Positions 46,816-62,174 of a stretch of 64,000 nt of DNA are shown piece by piece. Origin of the DNA: Auanema rhodensis (lineage: Eukaryota; Animalia; Nematoda); contig OZ059899.1 of the NCBI GenBank assembly GCA_964057225.1, positions 7,688,001 through 7,752,000 on the forward strand. The letters run 5' to 3'. The translations under genes and the position numbers were made by a program. The notes below the pieces were generated by a model, which had not been told where the DNA came from, searched no databases, and saw nothing but the letters and a program-made list of their open reading frames with translations. How positions within the stretch are numbered: the stretch's first letter is position 1; every line of letters begins with the position of its first letter.

Positions 46816-49800
46816 CTATGCCGGCTCTCCTTCACTTATGGTATACAGTGTTGTCATTCGTATTCCTGAGTCTTCTTCGATTGCTAAAAATATAAAGTTA
46901 ATTATATACTGATGAACTGTTGCATACATCCAGTTTCAATAGAGTTTTCTTGTGCTTCGACAGCATGAACCCCTAAAGATCCCATAGAAGCCAAAATAAG
47001 TGATTGGTGAGTTGTATTCTTGGTTTTTCCTGTTTTTATTCCGAGTATATTTCTTTTCTTTTTGCTGGAATCAAAAAAAAAGTGAGTTATATGAATATTT
47101 AACTTTACGCTTTCATTCCTCTGGCTCGGTATTGCAATTGATGCATGTTATGGGCTTCTTGTTTCCGCTCTTTTACTTCTTCTCCAACTAAGTTACGATT
47201 GTTGTAGAACTAAGAGCAAAATTATAAATTCTATAAAAAATCAAATTCAAACATCAGAAATTGGATTTTGCATTAGTTGTCTAATATGCATTATATCTTT
47301 TGTGAGCTCCTCTGTTTCTTTTTCAACATCTTGCTTGGTTTTTTTTTGCAAAAAATGATCATCTTCTTCCATCATTTCACGTGGAATTTCATTACTAAAT
47401 AAACACATTCATAACTATGAAAAGCATAAATATCTTACTTCTCAACCATTTCATCCAATCTTTGTTGTCGTTTAAAAGATGAAGTTGAAGGACTAGCTAT
47501 CATCGCTTCTCTGAAACTTATTTTTTATTTCTCATAAATGGATTTAGATTTCACCTCATTGTCGCAGCTCTATCCATTTCCAAAAGCTTGCCTTCACGTC
47601 TATCAGAAGCATCATAATCCTTCTCTAATAAAGGACGAAGATAACCTTTAGAAAACTCACTGAGTGTAGCCTTAAAGAAAACGTTTCCCCTTTAACTAAA
47701 TATTAAACATACTAGCCAGCTGGTATCTTTATAGCCACAAATTTCTTCAATGCCTTGTGACATGTGAGCAATAACACCTCTATTAAATTCCATGAACATG
47801 TAGAATCTATCTTCTTTCTTTGCTAATCGTATATTAAGGTATCGTACAAGTGGTTTGATTGTTGATCCCTGAAATATTTTATTTGTTTCAAAACTTTCTA
47901 ACTATTTCACCTGAACAAAAACTGTGAATAGAATAACCATATATGTAGCTGATAGTAATGTTGCTTTAACTGGTACACTATCATTAATCATGAAAGCTAA
48001 TGAGAAAGAAACAGCTCCTCTCAAACCACCGTAAGCCTTCAAATTGTAAATATTTTTTTTGAAGTTATATATTTTATCTTCTAACCATAATTACTTGTTC
48101 TTGGAATGAAATATGACGTACTCCACCGGTAAAACGATTAACTATATAAGTTAAAAAGAAGACAACTGAAATGTATAAAATAAATAATTTGTTTAAGTTA
48201 TTAATAACGTAGTAACTAATAGAACGGTTATACTATCACTTTTAATTTAACGATTCGGACAATTCGATAAAAAAAAATGACTCAGCTATTTATATCTTAT
48301 CATTAGTCATAATTTATTTATAAATTTAGTTATTTTAGGATTTCAAACTACTCTTTTACTTACCGGCAATACGCGATACGGTACATAAAACAACAGAGTA
48401 CAATGAGAATAATGGATGCCACTCACTCCAAAACCATTCTTGTTCATTAACAAGCATGACACCAAGTACAATAAATATAAGTGATTCTGATACAGCACTA
48501 TAAGAATAAAAAGTAAGTTTTCTGATTTAAAACTCGATTTGATAAAACCTGGCAACTTTCGCGAAATATGTTACGCTAATATATGATTTTGACGCGATAT
48601 TTTTGCAAGCATAATGCGATTGGAAAAGACCGCAGCCAATTATTCTATAAATATAATGTGAGATATTAAAGTTTTCTTTGAAAGTTATTTGTTTTACCCA
48701 ATGATTCCTGAAAAGTGAAATAATTCACTGGCCATATATGATAGATAGGCCATCCCAAATAGTACAACTGGCTCCACTACTAAATGTCGTTAAATAAACG
48801 ATATCAAACATTGAAAATTGAAAAAAATATTACCCCTGACATGTTCAGTAAATCTGGTAATTATAGCCGAGAGTGCTCCACAAGCTAATCCTATGAAAAG
48901 ACCTCCTAAGGAAACGCAGAGAAAAGCTAAAAATCCCAGCATTACCTAAATAATTGTATAAAATAAATGTGAAAATTGATTATAAAATACATCAGTTATT
49001 TTAAATTCTGGTAACTCCTTAAATTCAATCATTAAGTTATAACACACAACTGTAACAGCATCGTTTAACAAAGATTCGCCAAATACCATAAAATACAACA
49101 TCTTATTTACTCCTACTTCTTGAAATATTGCCAAAACCTCAAAATATATATCAATAAGAATGTAATACTACTGTACAACTTACAGCTACAGGATCTACAG
49201 CAGCTATTAATGAAGCAAATACAAGGCAATCAAACGAATCTATACGGAAGTTCCCCATTAATCCAAGTTCAGAAAATAGGATAAGGAATCCTCCAATTAT
49301 AATGATGTTTAACACTGTACCCTAAATTCTTCCAATATATTCTTAAACTTGTGTTTGTTTCAAAATTACCACTACAGCGTATAATATGATTGTTCCAAGA
49401 TTCTCAATGAAAGCTCTATCTTTTAGAGAATATGCTGACTCTAAGATAATTGGAGGCAATAGAAAGAAAAAAAAAGTTTTTGAGTTGAATTCCAGAAACT
49501 TGATCGACTCATGAGTTGTATCACCACTTAATATCACCAAATTAATTATTTTCTATCAAGAGGAGTAAAGCGCTTACATGAAGACTAATCCACATACAAC
49601 ACCAACCAAAATTAATGCACATGACTCTGGTACAAGTGCTTGAATTGCTCCGGAATGATGATAGCCTATAGTAGTAATAGTTGTTTTAAATCGAAAATAA
49701 ATCGAAAATTTTATTTACCTAGCTTGAAAAGTCCAATGACAATGATAAAAAGAGTCAAAACAAGTGGCTCTTTGACATAATCAAATTTCCAAGAAGCTAC

Positions 49801-50423
49801 CTTAATTCCATGTGGTGCATGATGTTCTACTTCGTGTTCAAGAGTGTCATTTGTCATTATTTCTTTTTCATTTTTCTCATCAGTCAAAAGATTCAAAAGC
49901 ACAGATCTATAAATCAATAATTAGGTTTTACAGTATACTCTTAGATTATTTTATCTTCATTTTTTTACATTTAAGCCATACGTCCCTCAAATCAGATAGT
50001 TTTACTTGACAGACTCTTAGCACTTAAGAAGTGCACTTAGTGTTCAATAAAACTGATCTACTTTTCCTTATTTATCGATAATTTCATTATTGAAATATCT
50101 GTTCTTAGCTTTTATATTTAATTGCCATATTTAAGTTGGAATGATGTGAAGCTGGAAACGTCAAAGATCAAGTTATCAAAGTTATATATATATAATTCCA
50201 AAAAAAATTCACATATCCATTTAATTTTAAGTTCGTTTTAATTCAAACATGAAGCTATGTAGCAACTTATACTTATTAACTATGATAAATACCTTCGAAC
50301 TCCAACACTTTCCGCATAAGATAAAACATCTGTCCAGAATTCAGTTTCATTTTCCACACTAATCTCTATACTGAATACGAGAATAGGCACAGAAATAAGC
50401 AAGAAAATTGACCATCTTCTCAT
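46816..50423 (-). CDS. Na+/H+ exchanger (NHE/NHX, SLC9A; plasma-membrane type)
   Basis: Signal-like N-terminus [13 protein letters not shown]; [75 protein letters not shown]. Paralog not assigned. Confidence 0.93.
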
Positions 50424-52341
50424 TTCCTACACCTATTTTACCAATAATTAGTGAATTACGGTAAAAATGAGTGTATTATGTGAACCTGCTTATAGTAATA
50501 CTATAGATAATACATATATATAAGATAAAAAACTAAAGAAAACAATATAACAATAAAGTATTTGTTAAAATCGAATTAATGGAAGATGTAAAGGTATACT
50601 ATACTGATTCATTTCCATGAAATATAACACAAAGACTGTAGGTTGCAATGAATAGTTGATCGGTATATCATTTTATATTATGCTTGTAGTCATAACATAA
50701 GAAAAGAAGAGCCAAATATATGAATCAGAGTCATCCAGTTTGTACACACGATAAGCAAAATTTAGGAATAATATGTAAGAACATAAATAAAAGAATTATG
50801 TTAAGTACGAAAATGCCTATGCAAGTTGTATTATCCAATAGTTTAGAACAATCTAACAATGACAAATTCAGAAGCATATTAGAAGTATGATGTAAGCTAA
50901 GAGGGGTAGATGTTTTAAACGACGACAATCTACTGCAAACTGATAACGAAAGTCATTAAAATGAGTATCAACGGGACTCATAGACAACTAGAATAGAAAT
51001 CGAAAGAAATAGATTATCCTCTTTATAAATTATTTGAAAAAAAAAAAATTTATAGTTAAAGAAACCATGATTTTGTATAAAAATTGATCAAACCTAGCGG
51101 CGTACAGTTTGTCAATAAAGAACTACATCTTCCTAAAATGTCATTAGAGTTCGAATATGACAGTCCTTGTCCATATTTCCGCCTTAAAACTTTAAGTAAA
51201 TACTATGATCAATAATATTGAATAATCCAGAATGTTTTGTCATATTTTTCTTTTACAAACAGATAGATTTCATTTTTGCTTCAATTTCAAGAATGCCGAG
51301 ATTTTATAATTCGTTCTAGATCTCAGATTATTAAGAACGGAATTTCTAAAATGAACTTTTATATTTCAAATATATTTCAGACAATAATCAATCTTCTTCA
51401 TGAAGCTCATCAAAATTAAGCAAAAAGTCGTATAGTTCATTTTATTGCACGATGAAATGTGAATGTGTCATCTTATGAACTGCTAGTCTCTACTATTTTT
51501 AGAGTTTTAAACTATAAAATCGTTCCTTTCAGATATCTGATCAGAAGCAAAACTTCAAGCTTTATACCATTAGGGTTTTCCAAAAAGTACTGTAAATATA
51601 TTAATAACTTAGAAAGCCTCGAACACGAGTATTTATTTTTTACAATAATCATTTTATAAAACAAATGTAATTTAAATAAGTTTCTCCAATTTTCAAGTAA
51701 TTATTAGACGATTATAATCCTTTATCTCTTTTCTTTATTTAGCTAACAATAACATTTCGCACTTATTTGCCCGTCTTATCAGCTATTTGGCATTCTCGAA
51801 CCTTTATTCCTTGTCTCTTCAGCAGAAAAGGCAGCTCTAAAGTAATGCTATGCGTATGTACTGAGATTGAAAATCTATTTTGTTTGATAACTAATAATAA
51901 CCAAATTTAATGTGTTTTGCTCGGCAATAATTTTGAAAGAGAATCAACTGCTTCATTCATCTAGCGGTACCTTTCATCATCATCGTTTGTCCATTGAGTG
52001 AAGCAGATAACTACCAACCCTCGATTACTTTTCAAAGGGTGGTCTTGCTAAGCTTTTTCTTCAATTTTCTATTCTATTTATGTTGTTTTATGAGAGAAAT
52101 CATTGACCCTTGTTGAACTATCGACATCATCAAGTGATGTCACGAAATTTGTGGACAGTAGTTAGGTACAGATAAAGGAAAGCTTATAAAATTATAAAAT
52201 TAATGTTTCAATTAATATTTATGATAATAAAAACAACGATAACCAGACATTAATAAGTTAATGATCATTGCGATAAATGAGTGCATGCATTTGTAGAAAA
52301 AATACAATTATGCTTGGGATCTATCTTGATTTATGGATAAA

Positions 52342-55300
52342 TTATTCATATTCTCTTTTTAATACCCATTGTTTATTAAAACGATTAAGTTCAGCGATCT
52401 TCTTCAAAATTGCTCTGAAATGTGTAGGGTCCACAGCGCCTAATTGATTCTGTAACAATTTTGAAATAATAAATTAGTATATAGAATATAGAATATACCT
52501 TAAATTTATCAACTATTTCATTACTATATGCTTTCCCTCCTTTTGTAACCATGAAAGAACGAATTTCCTCTGCCATTTCAGAATAATGATCAGAAACTCC
52601 TCCCGACTAAAAGTACGTAACAAATACTTAGCAATATATTTAAAAATCAAAATCATACTGCTTCTTCCATAGCATCAGTATTTTCAAAAACAAGACGTTT
52701 TCGTTTTCTTACAGCACTCAGAAAACTTTCTTTTTTCTTATTACTGGAATAAAAAAACTTATTTAGAAACTATTAGAATATATTAAAATTGCACGAACCC
52801 GCCGAAATCTTCTAAAGATGAATCACTGTCATTTTCTTCAATCGGTTCCGGCATACGTCTACCCTGTCGCAATTTCAGGAGTGCACTAACCTTCGGCCTA
52901 TTTAAGCATTTAATATATTTAGAAACTTTTTTTTTCAGTAATACCTGGATCTTATTATGGCAGCTGCTGAGCGAGCAACACTCTCTGCTTCTTTTTCAAT
53001 CAGATCATCTGCAGGTTTTTCACCTACCAAATGATCATGCTTTAATACACTCCGAACACCTGCAGTTTGTAAGAGACGTCCCAATACATAATCATCTTGA
53101 GCCTATAATTCAATTTAAGCAGACTTTAAATATATATAAATATATTTTATAAATTACCTTTCTCTCAGTTGAATTGGTTAATTCATTCATTTCTTTCTCT
53201 TTTCGTTTTTCTTCTTTAGTTTTTTTAACCTTTTGTTGTTTTTTAAGGAATGGTACAGTATATTTTCCATCCAGTAATTTCTTCTTTTCATTTTTACCCA
53301 CAACTGTGCTTTCCAGGAGCGAAGGATTACTTAAATCATAATACGTTAAGGAAACATTAAAAAGATTACTGTGCAAGATGTTTGGCTAATTCTTGTAATT
53401 GTAATCTCTTTTCAGGTGTGATATCTGTTATAGTGTTGGATTCAGTATCATCATCATTAACGTCTTGTACACTTGTAGTTGGTGGCAGCTCCTCTGGTTT
53501 AGGTTTCTTTTCTTTTCTATTCTTATTTCGTCTGGAAAATGCATTGAAATGAACATAAAAGTAAAACATGTAGAACGAAGCAGGCAAACATAGAAATTTA
53601 TAGTAACTTACTCTTTTTCATGTGAATCAAAAAAATTCTCTCGGTTGATTTCTGTTGTTTCAGTGGCAAACAGTTCAGCTGTTTCAGTGCTGTTTTTCTC
53701 CTAAAAATACAATCTTCCATACTCAATGATAAATGCTTTGCAACCTTATCAGCTAAAGAGAACAGCTCATGTAAATCGTTCGTTTTGAAAAACTGGCGCT
53801 GTTTAGGATCATTCAAGATTCGATTAGCAAGAAATTGTTTAAAAATTTGTCGATGATATATCTTTTCTTCAATAGTTCCAGCAGACAGTAGTCTGTATAT
53901 TGTAACATCTCGTTCCTGCCCAATTCTCCAAGCACGTTCTCTAGCTTGGGCATCAGTCGAGGGATTCCAGTCTGGATCAAAAATTACCACCTGAAAAAGA
54001 CGGAGTAATTCTCATAGACAATTTAAACTACCTTATTCGCACCAGTCAGATTCAGTCCCAATCCACCTACCCTGGTAGTCAAAGCGAATACCAACACAGA
54101 TGAATCCTCGAATAAGAATTATCGTTAATACTTAATATATAAGCACAAAACTGTATTAAATTGTTGGACGAGCTTTTGACGGTTTCCTATCGCTGTTCCA
54201 CCATCCATTCTCAAATACTTGTAGTCTTCCAAAATAAGAAGTCTTTCCAATATGTCAAGCATCTGTTTACTTTGACTGAACAGCAAAACTTTGTTATTTC
54301 CTGACTGAATTAGTAAAAAATTGTTATTAAAATTAAAATAAAAACTGCCTTTCTCCAAAGATGTAACAAGCTTTTAACTACTACAAGTTTGCCACTTCTA
54401 TCACACCAGCCAAACTGTTTGTGCGGGTATACAGCTTCGTCATACTCCCCTGCAAATAAGGTAAATTTCTTTCAGGTTTCACACTAATAAGCTAGGCTAA
54501 ACCATGTTTATTAGGACCACCAGTCACCAAATCCGGATGATTACAAAGCTTCCTCAGCGTAATTAAGCCAACAAATGCATCCATACTACCTGATGTTAGA
54601 TTTAACAATACAAAATATTTAAAACTATGAAAATGCCTTTAAGAATTCGTTGACATTCTCTAGAAGTTAAATATTCGTTATAAAAACGGCGCTGAACATC
54701 AGTGATATCACAGAATAAGACCTATGCGAAACACTTAAAGAAATTACTTCGAGTAATACCTGTTCGTTTTTAGCAGGGAGTTCAATAGCTTGCTGAACGT
54801 CTTTTTTCATACGTCGTAATATATATGGATTTATGGCATCCCTGTAAATCTAAAAAATCAAGACACTTGTGATGGATTAAGATACCGTAAGACAATTGCA
54901 CATTTATAAGCTGTTAACGTTTGAATTTCTGTTGCGTTGGCATAACCTCCTTGAGTTATTGGTATAGCAAAGTTTTGGGTAAATGTTTTAAGAGATCCTA
55001 ATCGACCAGGAAAAACAAATTCAATAAGAGACCTGAATAAAGCCATATAAAAAACTCTCAATTACAATTTAAAAATACCATAATTCTTTTAAAGAATTTT
55101 GCATTGGAGATCCACTTAATATGATTCGGTGGGTAGTATGAACGTCACGAATAGCTAATGAGATCTGTAACAGTAAGACCAAATAATTAATTTCAGTTCA
55201 TATTAGTTTACCTGAGATTCTGGGTTCCTAATTTTATGTCCTTCATCCAATACGACATAATGCCAATTTTGAGATACCAAAAGTTTTTTATCTTTGTTAA

Positions 55301-56716
55301 AAGTAGAATATGAAGTTATAACAACAGATCCACCTCTTAAAGTTTTAAGATTATTCTTGGGATTCAAATAAATTTTATACTTTCTATTTACAACCATTTT
55401 TGATAATAGGTTTGCCTTTGATCCTTTGAAACTCCCAGAAGAATGTAAAATAGCTACCTATATACAAAAATAAAATACAAACGTCGAAATGGTAATAATT
55501 ACCCGACAATCAGGCATCCATTGATGTAATTCTTTAACCCATTGATACATAATGGTTGCAGGACATACAATAAGCGTAGGACCTAATCCTGTGAAGCTTA
55601 AAGAGCAAATTTTACGAATTATAAAAACAAGTCAAACTGCATTACTTCAGCATTGAGTCGTGAAGTTGTGAGCAGTCCAATGCTTTAAGAAAACATATCA
55701 CCTGTATATAATACCATTGAGGTTTACTGTTAGCCTATTACAACCTGAATAGTTTTACCCAATCCCATCTCATCAGCCAATATTCCTCCTACTTTTTGAA
55801 AATGGAGTTCACATAACCACCTAAGTCCTGTTTTTTGATACCTTTAAAAGAAGCAACTTCAGTTTTAATCTTACAGTTAAGGAATACTTGTACAACTTTT
55901 CCCAAATAACAGAAGGTATGGAAATATCATGTTTTATATAATGTGCTCGTTCTTCTTCATTACTGTCGAAACTTTCGTAATATTGCCTATAAACACAATC
56001 AATAAAAAGCCCAATGATAATTATTAAATACCTTATTCTAGCTTCAAAGTCTCCATCGTTGCCATCATCTTTCAAATCAGGTAACCCTCTTAACTTATCT
56101 TTCTTCCTTTCACTACTTTTTCGTCTTCAACATAGTTTATCATAGAATATGTTACTAAAAAACCTACTTTCCTATGGACTTCTTGTATTGTTTGATTACG
56201 GATTTATTTGACTCCAAACTAGACTTTATTTCTTCTGTATCCGATGGTACATACTCATCGTCAGGATAGCTTTCATCTTCGGATTCTGTGTCAATTTCTC
56301 CATCTAGATAAGAGAAAGCATGCTTGGCATTTTGCTTTTACCACCTTCTTTATTTTGTTCAAAAGGAGTCTTATCACCGAAACGGACTGAATCTGCTAAA
56401 CCCATAAGCTGATCGAATTTGCTTGTACTTGGTTGGGGTTCTTCATCTTGCTCACATTCCCCATTGAATTGAGCTATAACCTATTAAAGGCATTCATTTA
56501 AACAATGCTAGACATGATTCTGATGCCAAGAAAGCTTTTCAGAACCTACATCTCGCTCCAATTGTCCACTGCTGATCGCAGAAACTCCAGGACCCAACAA
56601 ACTCAATTCATTGGTGCTGTTATCTCAAAAAAAAAAAAATTTTTTTTTGTCCAAAAAAAAATTATACTTTGTGTCACAACCTGAATAGATTCTGCCTCTA
56701 TTACATTTTCGTTCAT
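52342..56716 (-). CDS. csb-1: Cockayne syndrome B / ERCC6 SNF2-family ATPase (transcription-coupled repair)
   Basis: [93 protein letters not shown], and a C-terminal winged-helix-like segment. Confidence 0.93.
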
Positions 56717-57064
56717 AACTATAACTGTGAAAAATATCCTTAGGAAAAAAGTGTTCAAAGTATGTCTATGTTTCAATCAAACCAGTACTGATAAGAAAAC
56801 ATGTTAAGTAAGAAACTTTACCCGAATGCAACTATTTCAAACTTTCAAAAATATAATAAAGGCAAGCAAATCGAACTGAGTACAGAAGAGAGAAATAAAT
56901 GCTGAAGGTTAGTAATAAAAACTTAAAACACTGAAAAATAACAATAGCCTAACACGGAGATGAATATATACACAATGAAACATAAAACAGCTAGACCTTT
57001 GGCGATATAAAACATTTAACAAAAAAACATAAAACACATAACTATTTTTTTGATTAACTTCTTT

Positions 57065-58223
57065 CTACTCAGCTTTGCGATGCAAGCGTTCGGTCATTTC
57101 TATGTTAAGCTCATCATGTCGTTTTTGCATTACTTGACGACAATGTTCGCTGAGTTCGTCAACAGTTTCAAATTTGGAGGAGTCGATTGGAGGCAATACG
57201 TCAATGAGAACTTCTCCACTATTGTCGAAACGAGAGGTGGACTAAAAACATTGCGATATGTTACTGAAGAAAAATAAAAAAATTCTTACGTAATCGTAAA
57301 AGAATTTATGAGAAGAGAAAACGGCACATACAATTGGAATCTAAATATATGTTTATGGTTCATGATATTGAAAAAACTAGCTTACATTAGCTTGTTTAGC
57401 AATAATGAAAGCTCCTTTTTTGAATGGTAATAAAGTTTTCTCGGCATTTCTAGTACCCTCAGGATAAATCCAAACTTTTCTCTGAAATTCATGCCCTATG
57501 TGATACGATAAACTTGAGACCTACCTTCTTGCTAATAATATCATTCAATGTATCATCTACAGTTTTATGTGCTTTTTCTTTACTAAAACGGTTGATGTAA
57601 ATAGCCTAAAAAAATATAAAAGGTAAGAATTTAATTTTAGCACTGACTTCACAAAGGTAAGCACACAAGTTGAAGCCGGGTAGGAATTTCAAGCTACTCT
57701 TTAGCATGACAGAACAATTTTGCGGCCAGACAAACGTCATACCTATAATATCAACATAAACTCATGAATATTAGTATTATAAAAAGTTACCTAGAACATC
57801 CAAAGCGCTTTGATGATTGGCTATAAGTACAAATGGTTTATCACTTATCAAATTTTCTTCATGTCTTGGAATAAATTTGATTCCAAGGAAAGAAGTCATA
57901 CATTGGAAAACTCGGAAGATTCGGCTAAATTAAATAGATAATCTAATCATCATCACACAACTTACAAATGATTGTCCGTTGTTTTTCCATAAGGAACAGA
58001 AAGAAGCCCACCAGTCCACCCACCGATTACAAGACATGAGAGGTACAAGACGCATTTAACTTGGTATTTGAACCTAACATTTAAATGTCAACAACATCAA
58101 CATTCGCATGATAGCTTACCCGACATTGTAAAGAATAATCAATAATATTGAGACCAATAGACTTATCACACAAAATCCATATAAAATGGAAAAACAAAAC
58201 GCAAGGAAACCGTCTATAAGCAT
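57065..58223 (-). CDS. acl-1: 1-acyl-sn-glycerol-3-phosphate acyltransferase (AGPAT)
   Basis: [61 protein letters not shown]; closely matches C. elegans ACL-1 as I recall it. Confidence 0.9.
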
Positions 58224-58856
58224 CTGGAAAGCAAAATTATAATTTACAAACAAGGGAATAATACATGTTAGCATAAAGAGAAGTAGGTCACGTTGCCAAC
58301 AAACCATTCAGAACACAAATGGCACACACATCCATTGATAAGAAAGCTCACATGATCAAACAACGAAAGAGAAGATAGAAAAGGTAGCACAGAAAAATTT
58401 TGCAATCGTTTTCAGCGAAAGGTCTGCTCAATAGAATTTAACCTTTCGGGCTAGAATGTTCTCTCGTATGAAAGTTTAAAGTTAAACTTTCTCTGAAACA
58501 AGTTTAATTCGTGTAAAATAAGGGGAACAAAAAGTCTAGACGCTAACTTTTTAATAATATTAGTATTGGTTGAGCTTCTTTTTGCTATGTTTATAGTATC
58601 CCTTTAATCTATGAACTCATTACACAATTATTGAAGAGTTCAAAGTTTTCAGAATCTCGTAGAACCTGACGTTCTGTCGAAAATATAAAGAAGACAGTGT
58701 ATTTTTCCAAACGGTGTTATTTGTCACACAGTTTTAAATCCGATTAATTCGTTTTAACTGTTTTCGATTCTTCAATATTTTAATGTTCCCAATTGTTTTT
58801 TTAATATTGATAAGTAATATATTTCATGTCTAAAATATTTAGGTTTTTAATCTGTT
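58224..58856. promoter_or_regulatory. Divergent promoter between acl-1 and rpb-11
   Basis: Head-to-head genes; acceptors TTCCAG directly before the acl-1 ATG and TTTAG ~15 nt before the rpb-11 ATG. Confidence 0.55.
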
Positions 58857-59405
<549 letters not shown>

Positions 59406-59417
59406 ACCTCATTAATC

Positions 59418-60339
59418 ATGTCTTCCCCGTGCTCTCCTATTATTCGTGTATGTAGAAAGAGATCAGCAGACCCTCACAGCGCTTTAGTAGTTCAATTAAA
59501 ACGACAGAAGGTTTAAATCTGCATTAACTCATCAATTTTTTAAACTATTTTCTCTTTAGGCTGATCCTTTATTATTCTCACTCTTTAAAACTTGTGATGA
59601 ACCAGAACCTGAGCTTTCAGATGATGCATTATCCAAAAAGTTCATCGACTTTTTATCGCCCACAGAAGCTCACGTCGAAAATGAAGTTGGTATGTGAAAT
59701 AAATTATTTTGCACGAAAACATTGTTTATTTTAAAGATATGGAAAATCCCTTAGCTTTTGCTAATAATTCCGTTCAAGAAGTTGGTGGCCCTGAACCTGT
59801 TGTTTATCATGATGATCAGATTATTACTGTAAGCAGATTTTGTGAAATATATAAAGTTTCGTTTAAGGTCAATGGACAGCCGATGTCTTCTTCCAGAGCC
59901 CTAGACAATGACTTTGTTTTCGATTTTTATAAAATATCTCGTGGAATAATTAGTGATGATGTTGAAAATCCTGCCGATTTGGATATGCGTTTTGCAACAA
60001 AGTGAAATATATAGCGTTTCTATAGCACAACTAGGAATATTTTAGAGAAGAAGAACAGTTATTATGCCTTGATGATAATTCTGAAAGTGACACAGGGTGT
60101 TTAGATGATGACGAAGATTCAAACGATGAAGGAAATTGGCGTAACGATTATCCTGACGAAGAATCTAATTCGGTATATATACTGTATATTAAAAAATATG
60201 ATATTTAATATTATAGGATGATTCGTATAATTATAGTGAAAATGATGACAGTCATGATGATTTACGCTTACAAATGCAGCGATTCGGATTCAATGCTGAA
60301 GAATATAATTCCGATGACGACGATGACTATGATTATTGA
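59418..60339 (+). CDS. IWR1/SLC7A6OS-like RNA polymerase II nuclear localization protein
   Basis: N-terminal IIRVCRKRSADPHSALVVQLKRQK resembles the bipartite-NLS motif of SLC7A6OS; FVFDFY; acidic Iwr1 motif DDEDSNDEGNWRNDYPDEE; five exons. Confidence 0.88.
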
Positions 60340-60617
60340 TTTCTTGGTTCATGTTTAAAAAAATTCAGCTGATTTGTTAACGTTGAAATGGGTTCAATAT
60401 TTTATGCAACTTCATCCGTTTTTACTATATTCCTCCGGAATGAATGTCATTCCTTTCTTGTTGTTCCTAAAGCGTTGTTGATAAATGTCCTTGCACTCAA
60501 GTTTATTGATTTTTTTACTCTTAACCCAAACAAGTAACCAAAGTTATAGAGATCATCCACAAACGACTTTTATAAGAAACGGTCAACATTTATTTTATTC
60601 CAAATTTTTTATCATAG

Positions 60618-62062
60618 ATGCTACAGTGGATTTCCTTGTTTATACTCATTGGTTATATTGACGCACGCATTGGGTGTAAAGGTTTGACGGGATCAAAAGT
60701 TGATTGGTAAGAATATAATTTGTTGACTTTCACATTGAAAAACATAGGTTTATTGTTTACAAATTGCCTTCTGGAGAAAAAAATGCTAACCAAGGGAAAG
60801 CGTTTTTTTACGCGGATAATTTGAATTCGCAATGGACATTAAGCAAAAAAACCATTGAAGATGAATCTATTGCAGTTGGTGCGACTATAAATCAAATATA
60901 TAAAAAAGAGCCAGTATGTAAATTTTCTTAGAATAGAAATTATGATATTTAAAAAATAGACTGCTTTTCATCTTATGTATAGCGACGACGGTCCTAACAC
61001 TAAGGCAGATAGTTATCGTGGGCATGCTAAAGGAGTATTACTGTTTGATTCATCTTCCGGGTTTTGGATAATACATAGTGTGCCAAATTTTCCTCCTACA
61101 GGTATATCTGATATAACTTCATTTTTGAATACCCTTTTTTATTAAGCATCTTATTCATATCCCGCTTCTGGTGTTAAATTCGCACAATCCTTTATTTGTG
61201 TTACCATGAACACTAGTGACTTAGGAAGTATTGGAGAACAATTGCGTTATATTCAAGCAACACCCTTCGATCATAATCTTCCTGCTAAATTTGCTACTCG
61301 GTGCGTCAGTTTATTCAAATTTGTCTTTTGCTGATTAAGTATATGTTAGATTTCCTGTTCTGCGAAACGTTATAGCTAAACAATCTCTTCCTCCATCCGC
61401 TACAGTATTCACTTCAACTAAGCATATGATGACTGTTGGTGGAACTCAAATACATAGCTTTGCTAAACATAAGAAGTTTCAAAAAGGTAATTGTTTTGTA
61501 CATGAATAGTAAAAATATTTGTTATAGATTTGTGGTTGAACCTTATAGCACAAGATATGGAAACATCACTAGCTGTTCAAAGTTGGCTAAACGGAGGAGC
61601 AACAGATCTTCATTCAGATTGTACTCTAAACTTCAATGTGAGGAAATAAATTAAACAAACAATTTAAAAAATTAACTATTCATTTTTTACAATTTTTTCA
61701 TTCAGGTTTATGATATGAAAACAGTAACAGTTCCCGATTTAACTTTCAATAGTTCCAAAGACCATTCCAAATGGGCCGTAGCTGATACTGAAAGAATACC
61801 GCTAGTTTGTATAGGAGATATAAATAGACAGGTTAGAAAGGACATTTAAATATAAATTTAGGTAATTGTGCTCTTTTAGAAATCTCAATTAAGTCGAGGA
61901 GGCGGGGCTATATGCATTCGAAACGTCTTATTATGGAAAACATATCGCTCAACCGTATCTATTGTGGAACCTTGTAAAATTAATGGAATAGACCATTGGA
62001 TATATTTTTGTTCTAATTTTTGGGTAATTCTGGGGGCACTTATACATACATTATTCACATGA
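60618..62062 (+). CDS. crn-7: Deoxyribonuclease II (CRN-7-like)
   Basis: Signal peptide; VDWFIVYKLP, MYSDD...[48 protein letters not shown]; hydrophobic C-terminal tail. Confidence 0.9.
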
Positions 62063-62174
62063 TCCAACACTATGTCCTGTTTTACATACAAACGGAATTC
62101 AAGATTATCAAACAATATTTCGAAAATTCATAATTAACATATCATCAAAATTCTAAGAAAATTGCAAAAGACTA

